Positions 1-9,855 of a stretch of 64,000 nucleotides of DNA are shown in pieces. Source of the DNA: Candidatus Eiseniibacteriota bacterium (GTDB lineage Bacteria; Eisenbacteria; RBG-16-71-46); the NCBI GenBank assembly GCA_041483195.1, contig JBGPFC010000017.1, positions 20,310 through 84,309 of the forward strand. The letters are read 5' to 3'. Within the stretch, counting starts at the first letter, position 1. Every line of letters starts with the position of its first letter. Below the pieces are notes generated by a model. It saw only the letters and a list, made by a program, of their open reading frames with translations. It was not told the origin of the DNA and made no database searches. The position numbers and the translations under genes were made by a program.

Positions 1-930
1 CGCCTCGTCCACGGTGGGCGGACCGCTCTGCCCGTGATCGAGGCCCAGCCCCTCGCGCACCACCTTCACGAAGATGTCCTCGAGCGGAAGCGTGGCGTGC
101 GAGAACTGCTCGATGGCGACGTCCGCCGCGAGCAGCGCCTGCAGCACCGCGCGGGGCGCGACCCCGGGTTCGAGCGTGAGCTTGTGGTCGCCGTTGAACG
201 CCTCGATGCTGTGGACTCCGGCCACGCGCGCCGGCATGGTGTTCGACCGCACCAGCAGCGCGTCGTCGGAGTACTGGCGGCGGATGTCGCGCACTGTCCC
301 GTACAGCACCATGTGGCCGCGGTTGATCATCAGCGCGCGGTCGCACTGCTCTTCGACCTTGTTCATCTGGTGGGTCGAGAGCAGGACGGTGGCGCCCGCC
401 GCCCGGCGCTCGCGCAGGATTTCCTCGAGCAGATCCACGTTGAGCGGATCGAGGCCGCTGAACGGCTCGTCCAGGATCATGAGGCGCGGGCTGCCGATCA
501 GCGCGGTGCAGAGCTGCACCTTCTGCTGCATGCCCTTCGACAGCGCCTGCACCTGCTTCGCGCTCCAGTCCTTGAGACCCACGCGATCCAGCAGCGCCAT
601 CCCTTCGTCGTGCGCCGCGCGACCGCTCATCCCCTTCAGCGTTCCGAAGTAGGCGAGCGCCTCGATCACGCGCACGCGGCGATAGAGCCCGCGCTCCTCC
701 GGGAGGTAGCTGATCTCGTTGCGGCGCAGGCCGCCGATCGGGCGTCCGTCGAGCATGATGGTGCCGGAGTCGGGCCGCAGGATGTCGGTGATCATCCGGA
801 TCAGCGTGGTCTTGCCCGCTCCGTTGGGCCCGAGCAGCGCGAAGATCTCGCCGGGATGAACGTCGAACGAGACGCGGTGGACCACCGCGCGCTGGTCGTA
901 GGTCTTGACGACGTCACGGACTTCGAGCAT
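1..930 (-). CDS. ABC transporter ATP-binding protein (ABC-2/NatA-like), 3' end runs off the window
   Basis: Absent from the ORF track (no stop in window). Manual translation from ATG at 930, with GGAGG upstream: MLEVRDVVKTY..., Walker A GPNGAGKT, signature LSKGMQQK, Walker B LMILDEP, H-loop LSTH. Confidence 0.93.
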   Translation of the reverse strand, partial: MLEVRDVVKTYDQRAVVHRVSFDVHPGEIFALLGPNGAGKTTLIRMITDILRPDSGTIMLDGRPIGGLRRNEISYLPEERGLYRRVRVIEALAYFGTLKGMSGRAAHDEGMALLDRVGLKDWSAKQVQALSKGMQQKVQLCTALIGSPRLMILDEPFSGLDPLNVDLLEEILRERRAAGATVLLSTHQMNKVEEQCDRALMINRGHMVLYGTVRDIRRQYSDDALLVRSNTMPARVAGVHSIEAFNGDHKLTLEPGVAPRAVLQALLAADVAIEQFSHATLPLEDIFVKVVREGLGLDHGQSGPPTVDEA

Positions 931-1165
931 GAACCCCTCCCGGATGGCCGGCGCGTCGCGTCGCTTCGGGGCGAGCCGAGTACGGAGCGTGCGAGCGCGC
1001 AGACACTAGGAGAATCGCCGCATCGTCTCAAGGCTTCGTCGGCCGATGGCGACCAGCGCGGACCGGGCGCCGACCGGCGCGGGCCGGACGGGGCGCCGCC
1101 CGCGGACCCCCTGGCCTCCGGCTCGGCGCGCCCACCGCGGCCGCGACGATCCGCGAAGAATCCCG

Positions 1166-1193
1166 TCAACCGAACCCCCCGCGAGGCCGATAG
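1166..1193 (+). promoter_or_regulatory. sigma28/FliA-like promoter candidate (TCAAC-N15-GCCGATAG)
   Basis: Resembles TAAA-N15-GCCGATAA; about 100 nt upstream of the 1294 gene. Confidence 0.4.
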
Positions 1194-1293
1194 ATAGTCC
1201 TAGAATTACCGTGCGCTCCGCCGTACCGATCGCCCGGATCCGGGCGCCATCAAGGACCCGCGATCGTCACCTCAGCCCAGGAAGAACGCGTTC

Positions 1294-2580
1294 ATGGCCT
1301 CGAATCGAGATTCCGGTCTGCCGCGTGCCGTCCGCGCGGCTTCGGCGTTCGTGTCGCTGCTCGCGATGTTCGCCGCCGCCGGCTGCGGCACCAAGAAGCT
1401 GCTCGCCCCGATCGTGCTGCCCCCGCTGTCGCGCGTCGTCATCTCCGTTGGGAGCGACACCACCGTGGTCGCCGACACCGTCAAGTCGAACGGCTCGATC
1501 CAGTTCTCGGCCACCGCGTTCGACACCGGCGGCGCGCCGGTGGCGGCCGCCGCGGCGTCCTGGATCAGCACCAACACCGCGGTCTTCACGGTGGATGGCG
1601 GCGGCCGGGTCCTCGGCAAATCCGAAGGCACGGCGCTGCTCATCGCGCACGCGTCCGACAAGACCGACAGCGTCGCGATCCTGGTGCTGCCCGCGACCGG
1701 CGGGTGGCTGATGCAGGTCAGCAACTCGGCCCGCCAGCTCAACGGCGTGTTCTTCGACGCCGATGGCCGTCACGGATGGGTCGTCGGCGGCGGCGGAGAG
1801 ATCCTCGCCACGACCGACGCGGGTGCGACGTGGGCGCGTCAGATCAGCAACACGATCTTCAACCTGAACGCCGTGTGGTTCACCGACGCCGACAGCGGAT
1901 GGGCCGTCGGCAACGGGGGAACCGCGCTGCACACCACCGACGGCGGCAACACCTGGCGCCTGATCCCGACCGGAGCCGGCGAAAATCTGATGGGCGTCAC
2001 CTTCGCGTTCGCGGACACCGGGTGGATCGTCGGCAGCTCGGGGGCGATCTTGCGCACCAACAACTGGGGCGCGACGTGGTCGAAGCAGAATCCCACGAGC
2101 TTCGCGCTGCGCGGCGTCTCGTTCGCCGGCACGCGCCGAGGCTGGGCGGTTGGCGACAACGGCACCATTCTCGGCACCGTGGATCGCGGATTGAGCTGGA
2201 CCCTCGAGTCCCCGGTCACCGCTCAATCGCTCCGTGCCGTGAAGCGGCGCTCGGAATTCGTCGCGCTCGCCGCGGGACTGCAGGGCGTGACGCCGCGCAC
2301 CAGCGACGTGGCGAACCTGCCGGTCTGGTCGCTTCAGAACAGCGGCGCGACGAATCAGCTCGGAGGCGTGGCCTGCCCCGGCGACTCGCTGTGCTTCGCG
2401 GTGGGGTTCGACGGCAGCGGCCTGGTGCTGCGGACCGACGATGCCGGCGCGACCTGGCAATCGCAGGCGGTCCCCGCCACGAATCCGCTGAACGCCGTGT
2501 TCTTCGTGGACGCGCTCCGCGGCTGGGCGGTGGGAGACAACGGCCGCATCGTTCACACCGGGAGCGGCGGGAAGCCCTGA
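1294..2580 (+). CDS. Lipoprotein with Ig-like domain and YCF48/BNR-type beta-propeller repeats
   Basis: Lipobox AAGC; Ig-like segment; repeated GWAVG-x-x-G-x-IL-x-T-x-D-x-G-x-TW units. Confidence 0.85.
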   Translation: MASNRDSGLPRAVRAASAFVSLLAMFAAAGCGTKKLLAPIVLPPLSRVVISVGSDTTVVADTVKSNGSIQFSATAFDTGGAPVAAAAASWISTNTAVFTVDGGGRVLGKSEGTALLIAHASDKTDSVAILVLPATGGWLMQVSNSARQLNGVFFDADGRHGWVVGGGGEILATTDAGATWARQISNTIFNLNAVWFTDADSGWAVGNGGTALHTTDGGNTWRLIPTGAGENLMGVTFAFADTGWIVGSSGAILRTNNWGATWSKQNPTSFALRGVSFAGTRRGWAVGDNGTILGTVDRGLSWTLESPVTAQSLRAVKRRSEFVALAAGLQGVTPRTSDVANLPVWSLQNSGATNQLGGVACPGDSLCFAVGFDGSGLVLRTDDAGATWQSQAVPATNPLNAVFFVDALRGWAVGDNGRIVHTGSGGKP

Positions 2581-2654
2581 CCGGCCTTCCACCCGTGCTA
2601 GACTGCGGCGCGCCTCGCGAGCGGCGCGCCGCAGTCATGTCCCCGGGAGGCCCG

Positions 2655-3158
2655 ATGTCGAAGCGGCTCGTCGTGGTGGACGCCTACAACCTCATTCTGC
2701 GCACGCCCGCGCTCAAGCCGGGCGAGGGACGCACGCTGCGCGAGTCGCGCGAGAAGCTGCTCAATCTGCTGGCGTGGAGCATGGGGCGGGATGCGGACTT
2801 CATCGTCGTCTTCGACGGGGCGGCCGTCCGGGGGCACGACCAGCGGCACGGCGAGGTCGAGGAGCGCTACTCCGTGCCCCCCGACAAGGCCGACGATCTC
2901 ATCCGGAAGATCGTCGAAGAGCGCATCGACCGGGTGGAACACCTCACGGTGGTGACGTCCGATCTCGAGGTGGCGCGCCACGCCCGCGGGATGGGGGCCG
3001 ACATCGCGCTCGCGGATCTGTTCCTCGCCAGCGTGCTGGGGCCGGCATCCAGCGGCGAGCCCGAGAAGCCGTCCACCCTCACGAAGAAAGATCTCGAGGC
3101 GTGGGTGGAATTGTTCCGCGCCCGCCGCGGCGCCGACGCTCCCGAAGACGAAGCCTGA
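2655..3158 (+). CDS. NYN/YacP (Rae1)-like PIN-fold ribonuclease
   Basis: ATG 2655 after GGAGG; motifs VVVDAYNL, IVVFDG, ADDLI, VVTSD. Confidence 0.8.
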   Translation: MSKRLVVVDAYNLILRTPALKPGEGRTLRESREKLLNLLAWSMGRDADFIVVFDGAAVRGHDQRHGEVEERYSVPPDKADDLIRKIVEERIDRVEHLTVVTSDLEVARHARGMGADIALADLFLASVLGPASSGEPEKPSTLTKKDLEAWVELFRARRGADAPEDEA

Positions 3159-3169
3159 CCGGGCGCGAC

Positions 3170-3207
3170 GCGAAGGGCGGCCCGCCCGCAGGCAAGCCGC
3201 CCCTTCG
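3170..3207. terminator. Hairpin between convergent genes
   Basis: GCGAAGGGCGGC ... GCCGCCCCTTCGC imperfect inverted repeat. Confidence 0.55.
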
Positions 3208-3233
3208 CTTCGGGACTCTCGTCCCCTGGATTC

Positions 3234-4193
3234 CTAGGGAATGAAGTTGGCCAGCATGGTCGGCCGCACGACGAACGGCAGGATCCAGGCCTGCGAGTCG
3301 TACGGGAGCGTGTCGTCGAACAGCGTGCCGTGCGAGAACGCGTTCACGCCGAGATGGTTCACGCCCCTCCAGAACGGCGAGCGCCAGACGCCGGTGTAGG
3401 TGTTGTCGCCGTTGTTGTGGAACATCGCGCGCAGCCCGCGCGACATCAGCACCACGACATCGTCGTTGCGCCCCGTCGTCACCGTGAGCCGAACGCTGTC
3501 GCCGGCGTCGAACGCCATGAACTGACGCAACCGGAAGAACGCGAGCGGATCGGTGACGGTGGTCTCGCGATCGGCCGTCGCGATCTTGAGGCTCAGGATC
3601 TTCGTGGTGGCGCTCCGCGACGTGACCTCGACGCCGGACGACGCCGCGATCCGCCAGCGGCGGTTGCGGTCGTCGTTGTCGCCGTCACCGCGCACGCGCT
3701 TCAGGAGCACGCGGCGCACCCAGTGGTCGGCGAGCGGCTTGCGCACGATCAGCAGGCGCATGCTGTCGCTCGCGGCGACTTCGGGCCGGGGGCCGGTCGC
3801 GATGTTGAACGTGCCCTTCAGGAGCTTGTGGAAGGTGACGATCGCGGTCGTCGGCCGGCCGGTCGTGTCGGTGTCCGCGAACGCGAACTCGAAGCTGCGG
3901 TCGACGCTCGTGATGTTCCGCCAGTACATGAGCGGTCGGATCGCCGCGAACCCGCCGGGGCCGGACGGGAGCGTGCCCTGGTCCGGGCTCTCGAACACGC
4001 CGTCTTCGATCAGCTCGGGCGCCGCGGCCATTGCGGATGAGGCCTCGGCCTGATCGTTGGCGGGAGTGCCTGACGAGCCGCCGCTCGAAGAGGCGCCCAC
4101 CGGCGAAAGCGGAGTGCTGGTTTTCTTGCCGCAGCCGCTCGACAACCCGGCCACGATGAAGAGCGCGATGGCGAAGCGGAACGTTGCCTTCAT
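3234..4193 (-). CDS. Hypothetical lipoprotein
   Basis: Start MKATFRFAIALFIVAGLSSG-C (lipobox) after GGAGG; Ser/Gly linker then a beta-rich domain. Confidence 0.75.
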   Translation of the reverse strand: MKATFRFAIALFIVAGLSSGCGKKTSTPLSPVGASSSGGSSGTPANDQAEASSAMAAAPELIEDGVFESPDQGTLPSGPGGFAAIRPLMYWRNITSVDRSFEFAFADTDTTGRPTTAIVTFHKLLKGTFNIATGPRPEVAASDSMRLLIVRKPLADHWVRRVLLKRVRGDGDNDDRNRRWRIAASSGVEVTSRSATTKILSLKIATADRETTVTDPLAFFRLRQFMAFDAGDSVRLTVTTGRNDDVVVLMSRGLRAMFHNNGDNTYTGVWRSPFWRGVNHLGVNAFSHGTLFDDTLPYDSQAWILPFVVRPTMLANFIP

Positions 4194-4279
4194 GTGATTC
4201 CGTCCTCCTCTGGACCGCCGGATCGAGAACCGGCCGGGAACATCAGGGCAAGGAATGCGATGGGGACGGGGCAGCGCAC

Positions 4280-4295
4280 TGCACTCCCCATGCCA
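4280..4295 (-). promoter_or_regulatory. sigma54 -24/-12 promoter
   Basis: TGGCATGGGGAGTGCA (GG-N10-GC); IHF-like CAACGGCTTG just upstream (4311-4320). Confidence 0.6.
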
Positions 4296-4521
4296 CGCGC
4301 GGCCGCGCGCCAAGCCGTTGCCGCGCAACGCGGGCGCGTCGAAACCGGGCCGGAGCGTGTACCCATGCGGCCACCGCCGTGAACGCGGTCGGCCCGAACG
4401 GGGACACCACGCGAACGGGGCGGAAGCCCGAAGGACTCCGCCCCGTCGCGATTCCACACGGCGCCGGCGCCATGCGACACCGCGCGGATGGGCGCGGCGC
4501 GCCGGCGGATTCCGGCGAAGC

Positions 4522-5295
4522 TCACTTCATGACGATCACGTCGTTGGTGTTGAACACCAGCTCGGTGCCTTCCTTGATGACGACCTGATAGCCCTTGCTC
4601 TTCGCGACGGCGCCGGTTCCGGCCGCCGCCCCGATCAGGCCTCCGATCAGCGCGCCCTTGTTGCTCCCGCCCACCGCCTTGCCGATGAGCGCGCCGGCCG
4701 CCGCGCTGCCCGCGATCGCGCCGAGGTTCCGCGCGCGCGTCGAGCCCGCGATGATGCTGTCGGCGGTCGCGTGAACCGCGTGGCTGGTTCCCCCGACGTC
4801 GATGGAGCGCACGCCCAGCACGAGGAAGGCGCGCGAGCCTTTCTCCGCGCCCTCCGAGGCGAGCACCACACCCGAGACCGTGCTGCCCGCCGGAATCGGC
4901 GCGGCCATTCCGATCACGACCGGAGCCGACACCGTTCCGGTCCACGCATCGCCCGGCTTCGCGGTCTCGGAGGAGATCTGCGCGTTCACCGTGATCTTGA
5001 TTCCCGTTCCCGCCGGCATCGCGACGCCGGGATTCGAGGGGGCGGTCGCCTGCGGCGCCGGCTTCGACTTCGGCTTCGAAGCCGGGGCGGCCGCTGGCGC
5101 GGGCGGAGCCTGCGCTTGCGGCTTGGGTTCCTGATACTGCGACTGCGGGGTGATGTCGCCCTGCGGGGTCTCGACCGGGTTCGCGGAGAGCAGGCTGTCG
5201 CTGCTGGTCGCCGCGGCCTGTTCGGACTTCTTGGCGCAACCTGCAAGCGTCACCACCATCAGCGTGATGCCCAGCATCCATGCCATTCGACGCAT
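4522..5295 (-). CDS. Lipoprotein with Pro-rich linker and glycine-zipper C-terminal region
   Basis: Lipobox LAGC; PAGT-x-I beta segment; GAIAGSAAAGALIG...GALIGGLIGAAAG. Confidence 0.8.
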   Translation of the reverse strand: MRRMAWMLGITLMVVTLAGCAKKSEQAAATSSDSLLSANPVETPQGDITPQSQYQEPKPQAQAPPAPAAAPASKPKSKPAPQATAPSNPGVAMPAGTGIKITVNAQISSETAKPGDAWTGTVSAPVVIGMAAPIPAGSTVSGVVLASEGAEKGSRAFLVLGVRSIDVGGTSHAVHATADSIIAGSTRARNLGAIAGSAAAGALIGKAVGGSNKGALIGGLIGAAAGTGAVAKSKGYQVVIKEGTELVFNTNDVIVMK

Positions 5296-5589
5296 AAGAG
5301 TGATCCTCCTCGTGATTCCGGCGTTGGCGCCGGCCTGGCGGCCTGGTTCGCCGCGTCGTCATCGTCGAAGCCCGTCTCAAGTCTCGTGGAGCGCGCGCGG
5401 GAGCGGTGCGCGTCCGGTCACCCGGCCCCGGCCACCGCGACGGGGTATCGGTAGCGAGGCCCGCGCAGGCTAACACGTTTTCGCGCCGGCGATGCGTCCG
5501 GATCGGACGGCTTGGGCGAATCGCGGGCATCCGTTACGCTCGCGCGCGCAATCGGCCTCACGCGCGTACGACTCCTCCGGAGGTGGCGC

Positions 5590-7107
5590 ATGGATGTGGT
5601 GCTTCGTCGCGGCAACGTCACCGCCCGGCGCGCGGGTGCGCTCGCGCTCGGGATTCTCGAAGGCGAGCGCGAATTGAGCGGCGCCTCGGCGGCCGTGGAC
5701 CGCGCCACGCGCGGGGCGATCCGCGCGATCCGCAAGCGCGGCGATTTCACGGGACGCTTCCTCGATGTGGCCGTGCTCTACCCGCCGGGCCTCAAGGCGG
5801 CGCGACTCATCCTGGTCGGCCTCGGGCCGCGCGCGGAGCTCACGGCGCACCGCGTGCGGCAGGCCGCGGGCCGCGCCGCTCGGCGCGCGCGGGAGCTGGG
5901 CGCCCGATCGCTGACCACCGTCGTGCACGGCGCGGGGCGCGGGGGGCTCGACCCCGAGCGCGCGGCGCAGGCGGTGGCCGAGGGCTCGGTCCTTGGGCAC
6001 TACCGCTTCACAGCGTACCGCAGCGAGGCCGCGGCCGCTCCACTCGGGAGCGTCGAGATCTTCGAGCAGGATCCGGCGCTCGCGAAACGGCTCGCACCCG
6101 CCGTGGAGCGCGGCGCGCGCATCGCGGAAGGCGCGTGCCTCGCGCGCGATCTCGCGAACACGCCCGGACAGGACCTCACTCCCGAAGGACTCGCCGACCG
6201 GGCGCGCGAGATCGGCCGCCAGTGCGGCGCCCGCGTCGAGGTGCTGGGCGTGCCGCAGCTCGAGCGGTTGGGCATGGGCGCGCTGCTCGGGGTCGGCCGC
6301 GGCAGCATCCATCCGCCGCGCTTCATCGTGCTCGAGCGCGCTCCGCGCGCCGTGCGCGGCGCGAAGCCGCCGACCATCGTGCTGATCGGCAAGGGCGTGA
6401 CGTTCGACACCGGCGGCATCTCGCTCAAGCCGCGCGAGAACATGCAGAAGATGAAGTACGACATGTCGGGGGCCGCGGCGGTGCTCGGCACGTTCGCCGC
6501 GCTTCCCACGATCGATCCTCGCGCGCGCGTGATCGGACTCATCCCCTCCGCCGAGAACATGCCGGGCGGCCGCGCGCTCAAGCCCGGCGACGTGGTGCGC
6601 GCGCTGAACGGCGTCACCATCGAGGTGACGAACACCGACGCGGAGGGCCGCCTGCTGCTCGCGGACGCGCTGAGTTACGCGCAGCGCCTCGAGGCTGACG
6701 TCGTGGTGGATCTCGCGACGCTGACCGGCGCGATCTCGATCGCGCTGGGCCATCTCGCGGCGGGGCTGTTCACAGACGACGACGCGCTGGCGGCCGAGCT
6801 GACGGCCGCGGGGGAGGCCACCGGGGAGCGGCTGTGGCGCATGCCGGTGTGGGACGAGTACGCCGAAGAGATGAAGGGCGACACCGCCGATCTCGTGAAC
6901 TCTTCGGTGCGCGAAGGCGGCGCGATCCTGGGCGCCGTGTTCCTCAAGCGCTTCGCGCGCGGGCTCAAATGGGCGCATCTCGACATCGCGAGCACGGCGT
7001 GGACGGTGGCGGACCGCCCGCACGAGCCGAAGGGTCCGACCGGATTCGGCGTGCGATTGCTGCTGGAGTGGATCAATTCCCGCGCGGGGGCTTCGCGGCC
7101 GGCTTGA
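5590..7107 (+). CDS. pepA: Leucyl aminopeptidase (M17)
   Basis: GKGVTFDTGG, MKYDMSG, NTDAEGRL, WAHLDIA; ATG 5590 after GGAGG. Confidence 0.96.
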   Translation: MDVVLRRGNVTARRAGALALGILEGERELSGASAAVDRATRGAIRAIRKRGDFTGRFLDVAVLYPPGLKAARLILVGLGPRAELTAHRVRQAAGRAARRARELGARSLTTVVHGAGRGGLDPERAAQAVAEGSVLGHYRFTAYRSEAAAAPLGSVEIFEQDPALAKRLAPAVERGARIAEGACLARDLANTPGQDLTPEGLADRAREIGRQCGARVEVLGVPQLERLGMGALLGVGRGSIHPPRFIVLERAPRAVRGAKPPTIVLIGKGVTFDTGGISLKPRENMQKMKYDMSGAAAVLGTFAALPTIDPRARVIGLIPSAENMPGGRALKPGDVVRALNGVTIEVTNTDAEGRLLLADALSYAQRLEADVVVDLATLTGAISIALGHLAAGLFTDDDALAAELTAAGEATGERLWRMPVWDEYAEEMKGDTADLVNSSVREGGAILGAVFLKRFARGLKWAHLDIASTAWTVADRPHEPKGPTGFGVRLLLEWINSRAGASRPA

Positions 7108-7831
7108 CCGGCGGCGCGTCGCGCTCGACGCGCAATTCGTTCGCCGGCTGCGCGAGCCGCAGCATGTGCCCATCGGGTCCGATCCACGCGAGATATTCGG
7201 TCCGCGCGTCCGCGAAGCGGAGCTTGCGGGTGACGACCGGCTTCGCGCCCCAGCGGAGGGTCTCCTTCCCGAGGTCGGTGGCGGTGATCTCCATGACGCT
7301 GTCGCGGTCGCCCAGCACCACCACCTGCAGCGGGCGGCTGTCGAAGACGCGGTCGTACAGGTTCCGGCACATGATGTCGAACAGCACGAACACCTGCGAA
7401 TCCACGACGAACATGCGCCCGGGCGGGCGCACCAGCCGGTCGCCCTCGCCGTGGCCGCCGCCTTCGCGATACGAGGTGAACGCCGTGTCGTTGACCCAGA
7501 GCCCGCGCACGAGCTCGCGGCCGCCGATCTTGAGACGGGACTGGTAGAACTTGAGGTCGTAGTCGAGAGGCCTCACGACCACCGCGACCTGCTTGTCGAT
7601 GGGCAGGTCGCCGTCGGGGCCCTGCAGGGTCTGAGCCACGTGCGAGATGATCATCAGGCTGTCGCCGTGATTCTCGAACGAGAAGGTCTCGGTGCCGAGC
7701 GCGCGATCGCCCTGGTAGACGCGGTAGCCGCCGCTGTCGATGACGCCGCCGGGCGGAGCGGGGGCCGCGCCCACCAGCCCGACCAGCAGCGCGAGCGGCC
7801 ACATGAGACGGGACAGCATTCGGAGATTCAT
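7073..7831 (-). CDS. Hypothetical exported beta-rich protein
   Basis: Signal-like N-terminus and natural amino-acid composition; convergent 35-nt overlap with pepA. Confidence 0.7.
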   Translation of the reverse strand: MNLRMLSRLMWPLALLVGLVGAAPAPPGGVIDSGGYRVYQGDRALGTETFSFENHGDSLMIISHVAQTLQGPDGDLPIDKQVAVVVRPLDYDLKFYQSRLKIGGRELVRGLWVNDTAFTSYREGGGHGEGDRLVRPPGRMFVVDSQVFVLFDIMCRNLYDRVFDSRPLQVVVLGDRDSVMEITATDLGKETLRWGAKPVVTRKLRFADARTEYLAWIGPDGHMLRLAQPANELRVERDAPPVKPAAKPPRGN

Positions 7832-7864
7832 GTGGGAAACGGTAGCACAGCGAGGGAGGCGTCC

Positions 7865-8308
7865 ATGTCAGGCACTTTGCAATGGTGGGGCCCGCCGCTG
7901 GCGCTGGTCCTGATGGCGGGCTGCGCCAGCCCGCGACCGGGCGGCGCCGTGGCGGAGACCCCGGGGGCGGGCGCAGAGGCCGTTCCGGGGGCGAGGGTGG
8001 GGCATCTGCGGGCCGCGGAGGTGAGAGGCTTCCTCGGCGCGCATCCCGACGCGCTGGTGCTCGACGTCCGGAACCCGGATGAATGGAACGACGACCTGGG
8101 TCACATCGACGGCGCGCGCCAGATCCCGCTCCCCGAGCTCGACCACCGCCTCGTGGAGATCGAGGCATGGAAGGACCGGCCCGTGGTCGCGGTGTGCCGG
8201 GTCGGAGCCCGCAGCGCCCGCGCGGCCGACGCGCTCGCGGCCGCGGGATTCCGGCAGGTGTTCAATCTCGATGGCGGGATGGCGGCCTACCGCCGCGCGG
8301 GGAACTAG
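7865..8308 (+). CDS. Rhodanese-like domain lipoprotein
   Basis: Lipobox MAGC; LDVRNPDEW, GHIDGA, active loop VCRVGARS, NLDGGM. Confidence 0.88.
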   Translation: MSGTLQWWGPPLALVLMAGCASPRPGGAVAETPGAGAEAVPGARVGHLRAAEVRGFLGAHPDALVLDVRNPDEWNDDLGHIDGARQIPLPELDHRLVEIEAWKDRPVVAVCRVGARSARAADALAAAGFRQVFNLDGGMAAYRRAGN

Positions 8309-8351
8309 CCGGGCGACGCGGCCGGCCGCGCGCGCCGGAGCGCGAGCCGCA

Positions 8352-9731
8352 TCAGCCCGTGCGCGCCGGCTCGAGACGCGCGACGCACTCGATGTGCGGC
8401 GTGTGCGGGAAGAGATCGAACGGCGTGACCTCGTCGAGGGCGTAGCCCCCGGCCGCGAAATCCTTGAGATCGCGCGCGAGCGTCCCCGGATTGCACGACA
8501 CGTATACCACGCGCCGCGGATGCAGCTCGGTGACGCGCGCCACCACGCGCGGGTGAAGCCCGGAGCGTGGCGGATCCACCACCACCACCTGCGGCCGGGG
8601 CGCGTCCGGACGCTCGCCTCGCGCCCACTCGCGGAGCACGGCGCGCGCCTCGCCCTCGACGAAGCGCGCGTTCGCGATGCCGTTGCGCGCGGCGTTGCGT
8701 CGCGCGAGCGCGATCGCGTCCGGGACGCTCTCGACGCCGATCGCCTCGCGCGCGGCGCGCGCGAACAGCAGCGTGAGCGTTCCGGTGCCGCAGTACAGGT
8801 CGAGCAGGGTCTCGCCCTCCGTGATTCCCGCGGCCTCGAGCGCCGCGCGGTAGAGCGCCTCGGCCTGGCGGCTGTTGGTCTGCAGGAACGCGTTCGCCGA
8901 AACCTCGAAGTCGAGATCGAGCAGGCGCTCGCGGATCACGCCGTCGCCGATCAGCGCGCGCTCCCGCTCGCCGAACGCGACGTTGGCGCGCGAGTCGTTG
9001 ATGAGCAGCGTCACGGTCTTCACCGCCTTCGAGAGCGCGGCCACCGCGCGCGCCCATTCCTCGAGCCCCGCCATCTCGCCGGCCGCGGCCACCAGGTGCA
9101 CGGCGCACTCGTCGGTGAGCGGCAGATGGCGCACCGTGAGAAAGCGCACGTCGCCATGGTGCTGGCGCGGGTGGTACGCGCGCCACGCGCGATCGCGCGC
9201 GAAGCGCTGCGTGAGGCGCACGATCTCGACCGTGAGCGCGCTGGGCAGCAGGCAGTCCTCGAGCTCGAACACGCTGTCGAACGCGCCGCGATCGTGGAGC
9301 CCGAGCCGCGCGACCCCCCCGGCATCCGGCGCGAAGCTGAACTCCATCTTGTTGCGATAGCGAAACACCTCGGGCGCGCCGACGATGGCGCGCACCCGGG
9401 GCTCGGCGATGCCGCCGAGATGCACGAGCGTTTCGCGCACCTGCCGCTCCTTCGCCTCGAGCTGCCGCGCGTAATCCAGCTCCTGAAACCGGCAGCCGCC
9501 GCAGCGCGCGACGTGCGGGCAGCGCGGCTCGATGCGATCGGGAGCGGCGCGCTCGATCCGCTCGAGGCGAGCCTCCGCGAAGCTGCGCTTGACCCTCGTG
9601 ATCCGGGCCTCGATGCGGTCGCCAGGCAGACCGCGGTCCACGAAGACCACGCGGCCGTCCTGCCGGGCGATCGCCTTGCCACCGAGCGCGAGGTCCTGAA
9701 TGTCGAGGATTGACAGCTCGTTGACGCGCAT
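8352..9731 (-). CDS. rlmD: 23S rRNA (uracil-5)-methyltransferase with TRAM domain and 4Fe-4S motif
   Basis: CPHVARCGGC, FLQTN, LDLYCGTG, VDPPRSG, YVSCNP, DLFPHTPHIE. Confidence 0.95.
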   Translation of the reverse strand: MRVNELSILDIQDLALGGKAIARQDGRVVFVDRGLPGDRIEARITRVKRSFAEARLERIERAAPDRIEPRCPHVARCGGCRFQELDYARQLEAKERQVRETLVHLGGIAEPRVRAIVGAPEVFRYRNKMEFSFAPDAGGVARLGLHDRGAFDSVFELEDCLLPSALTVEIVRLTQRFARDRAWRAYHPRQHHGDVRFLTVRHLPLTDECAVHLVAAAGEMAGLEEWARAVAALSKAVKTVTLLINDSRANVAFGERERALIGDGVIRERLLDLDFEVSANAFLQTNSRQAEALYRAALEAAGITEGETLLDLYCGTGTLTLLFARAAREAIGVESVPDAIALARRNAARNGIANARFVEGEARAVLREWARGERPDAPRPQVVVVDPPRSGLHPRVVARVTELHPRRVVYVSCNPGTLARDLKDFAAGGYALDEVTPFDLFPHTPHIECVARLEPARTG

Positions 9732-9755
9732 GGCGGGACCGGGGAGGGCGGGTGG

Positions 9756-9784
9756 GCAACTTCCGGGAACCGGCAACCGTCCAA
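9756..9784 (+). promoter_or_regulatory. ECF-sigma-type promoter candidate
   Basis: GCAAC-N17-CGTCCAA upstream of the PDZ gene. Confidence 0.5.
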
Positions 9785-9855
9785 TGCTGTTGTAACTGGA
9801 GGCGCCGGGGGTCTCACGACTCCCGGCCGACCACGCTAGCACAGGGAGAACCTCA

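Noticed and set aside
34..1197. 387-aa + strand ORF and the many other long Arg/Ala/Gly-rich shadow ORFs (e.g. 25707-29150 +, 57986-60601 -, 59490-62150 -)
   Set aside because: Antisense or off-frame to genes with clear motifs; expected from stop-codon scarcity at very high GC.
2601..2636. Perfect 14-bp hairpin between the propeller and NYN genes
   Set aside because: No U-tract and no second copy noticed; function cannot be supported.
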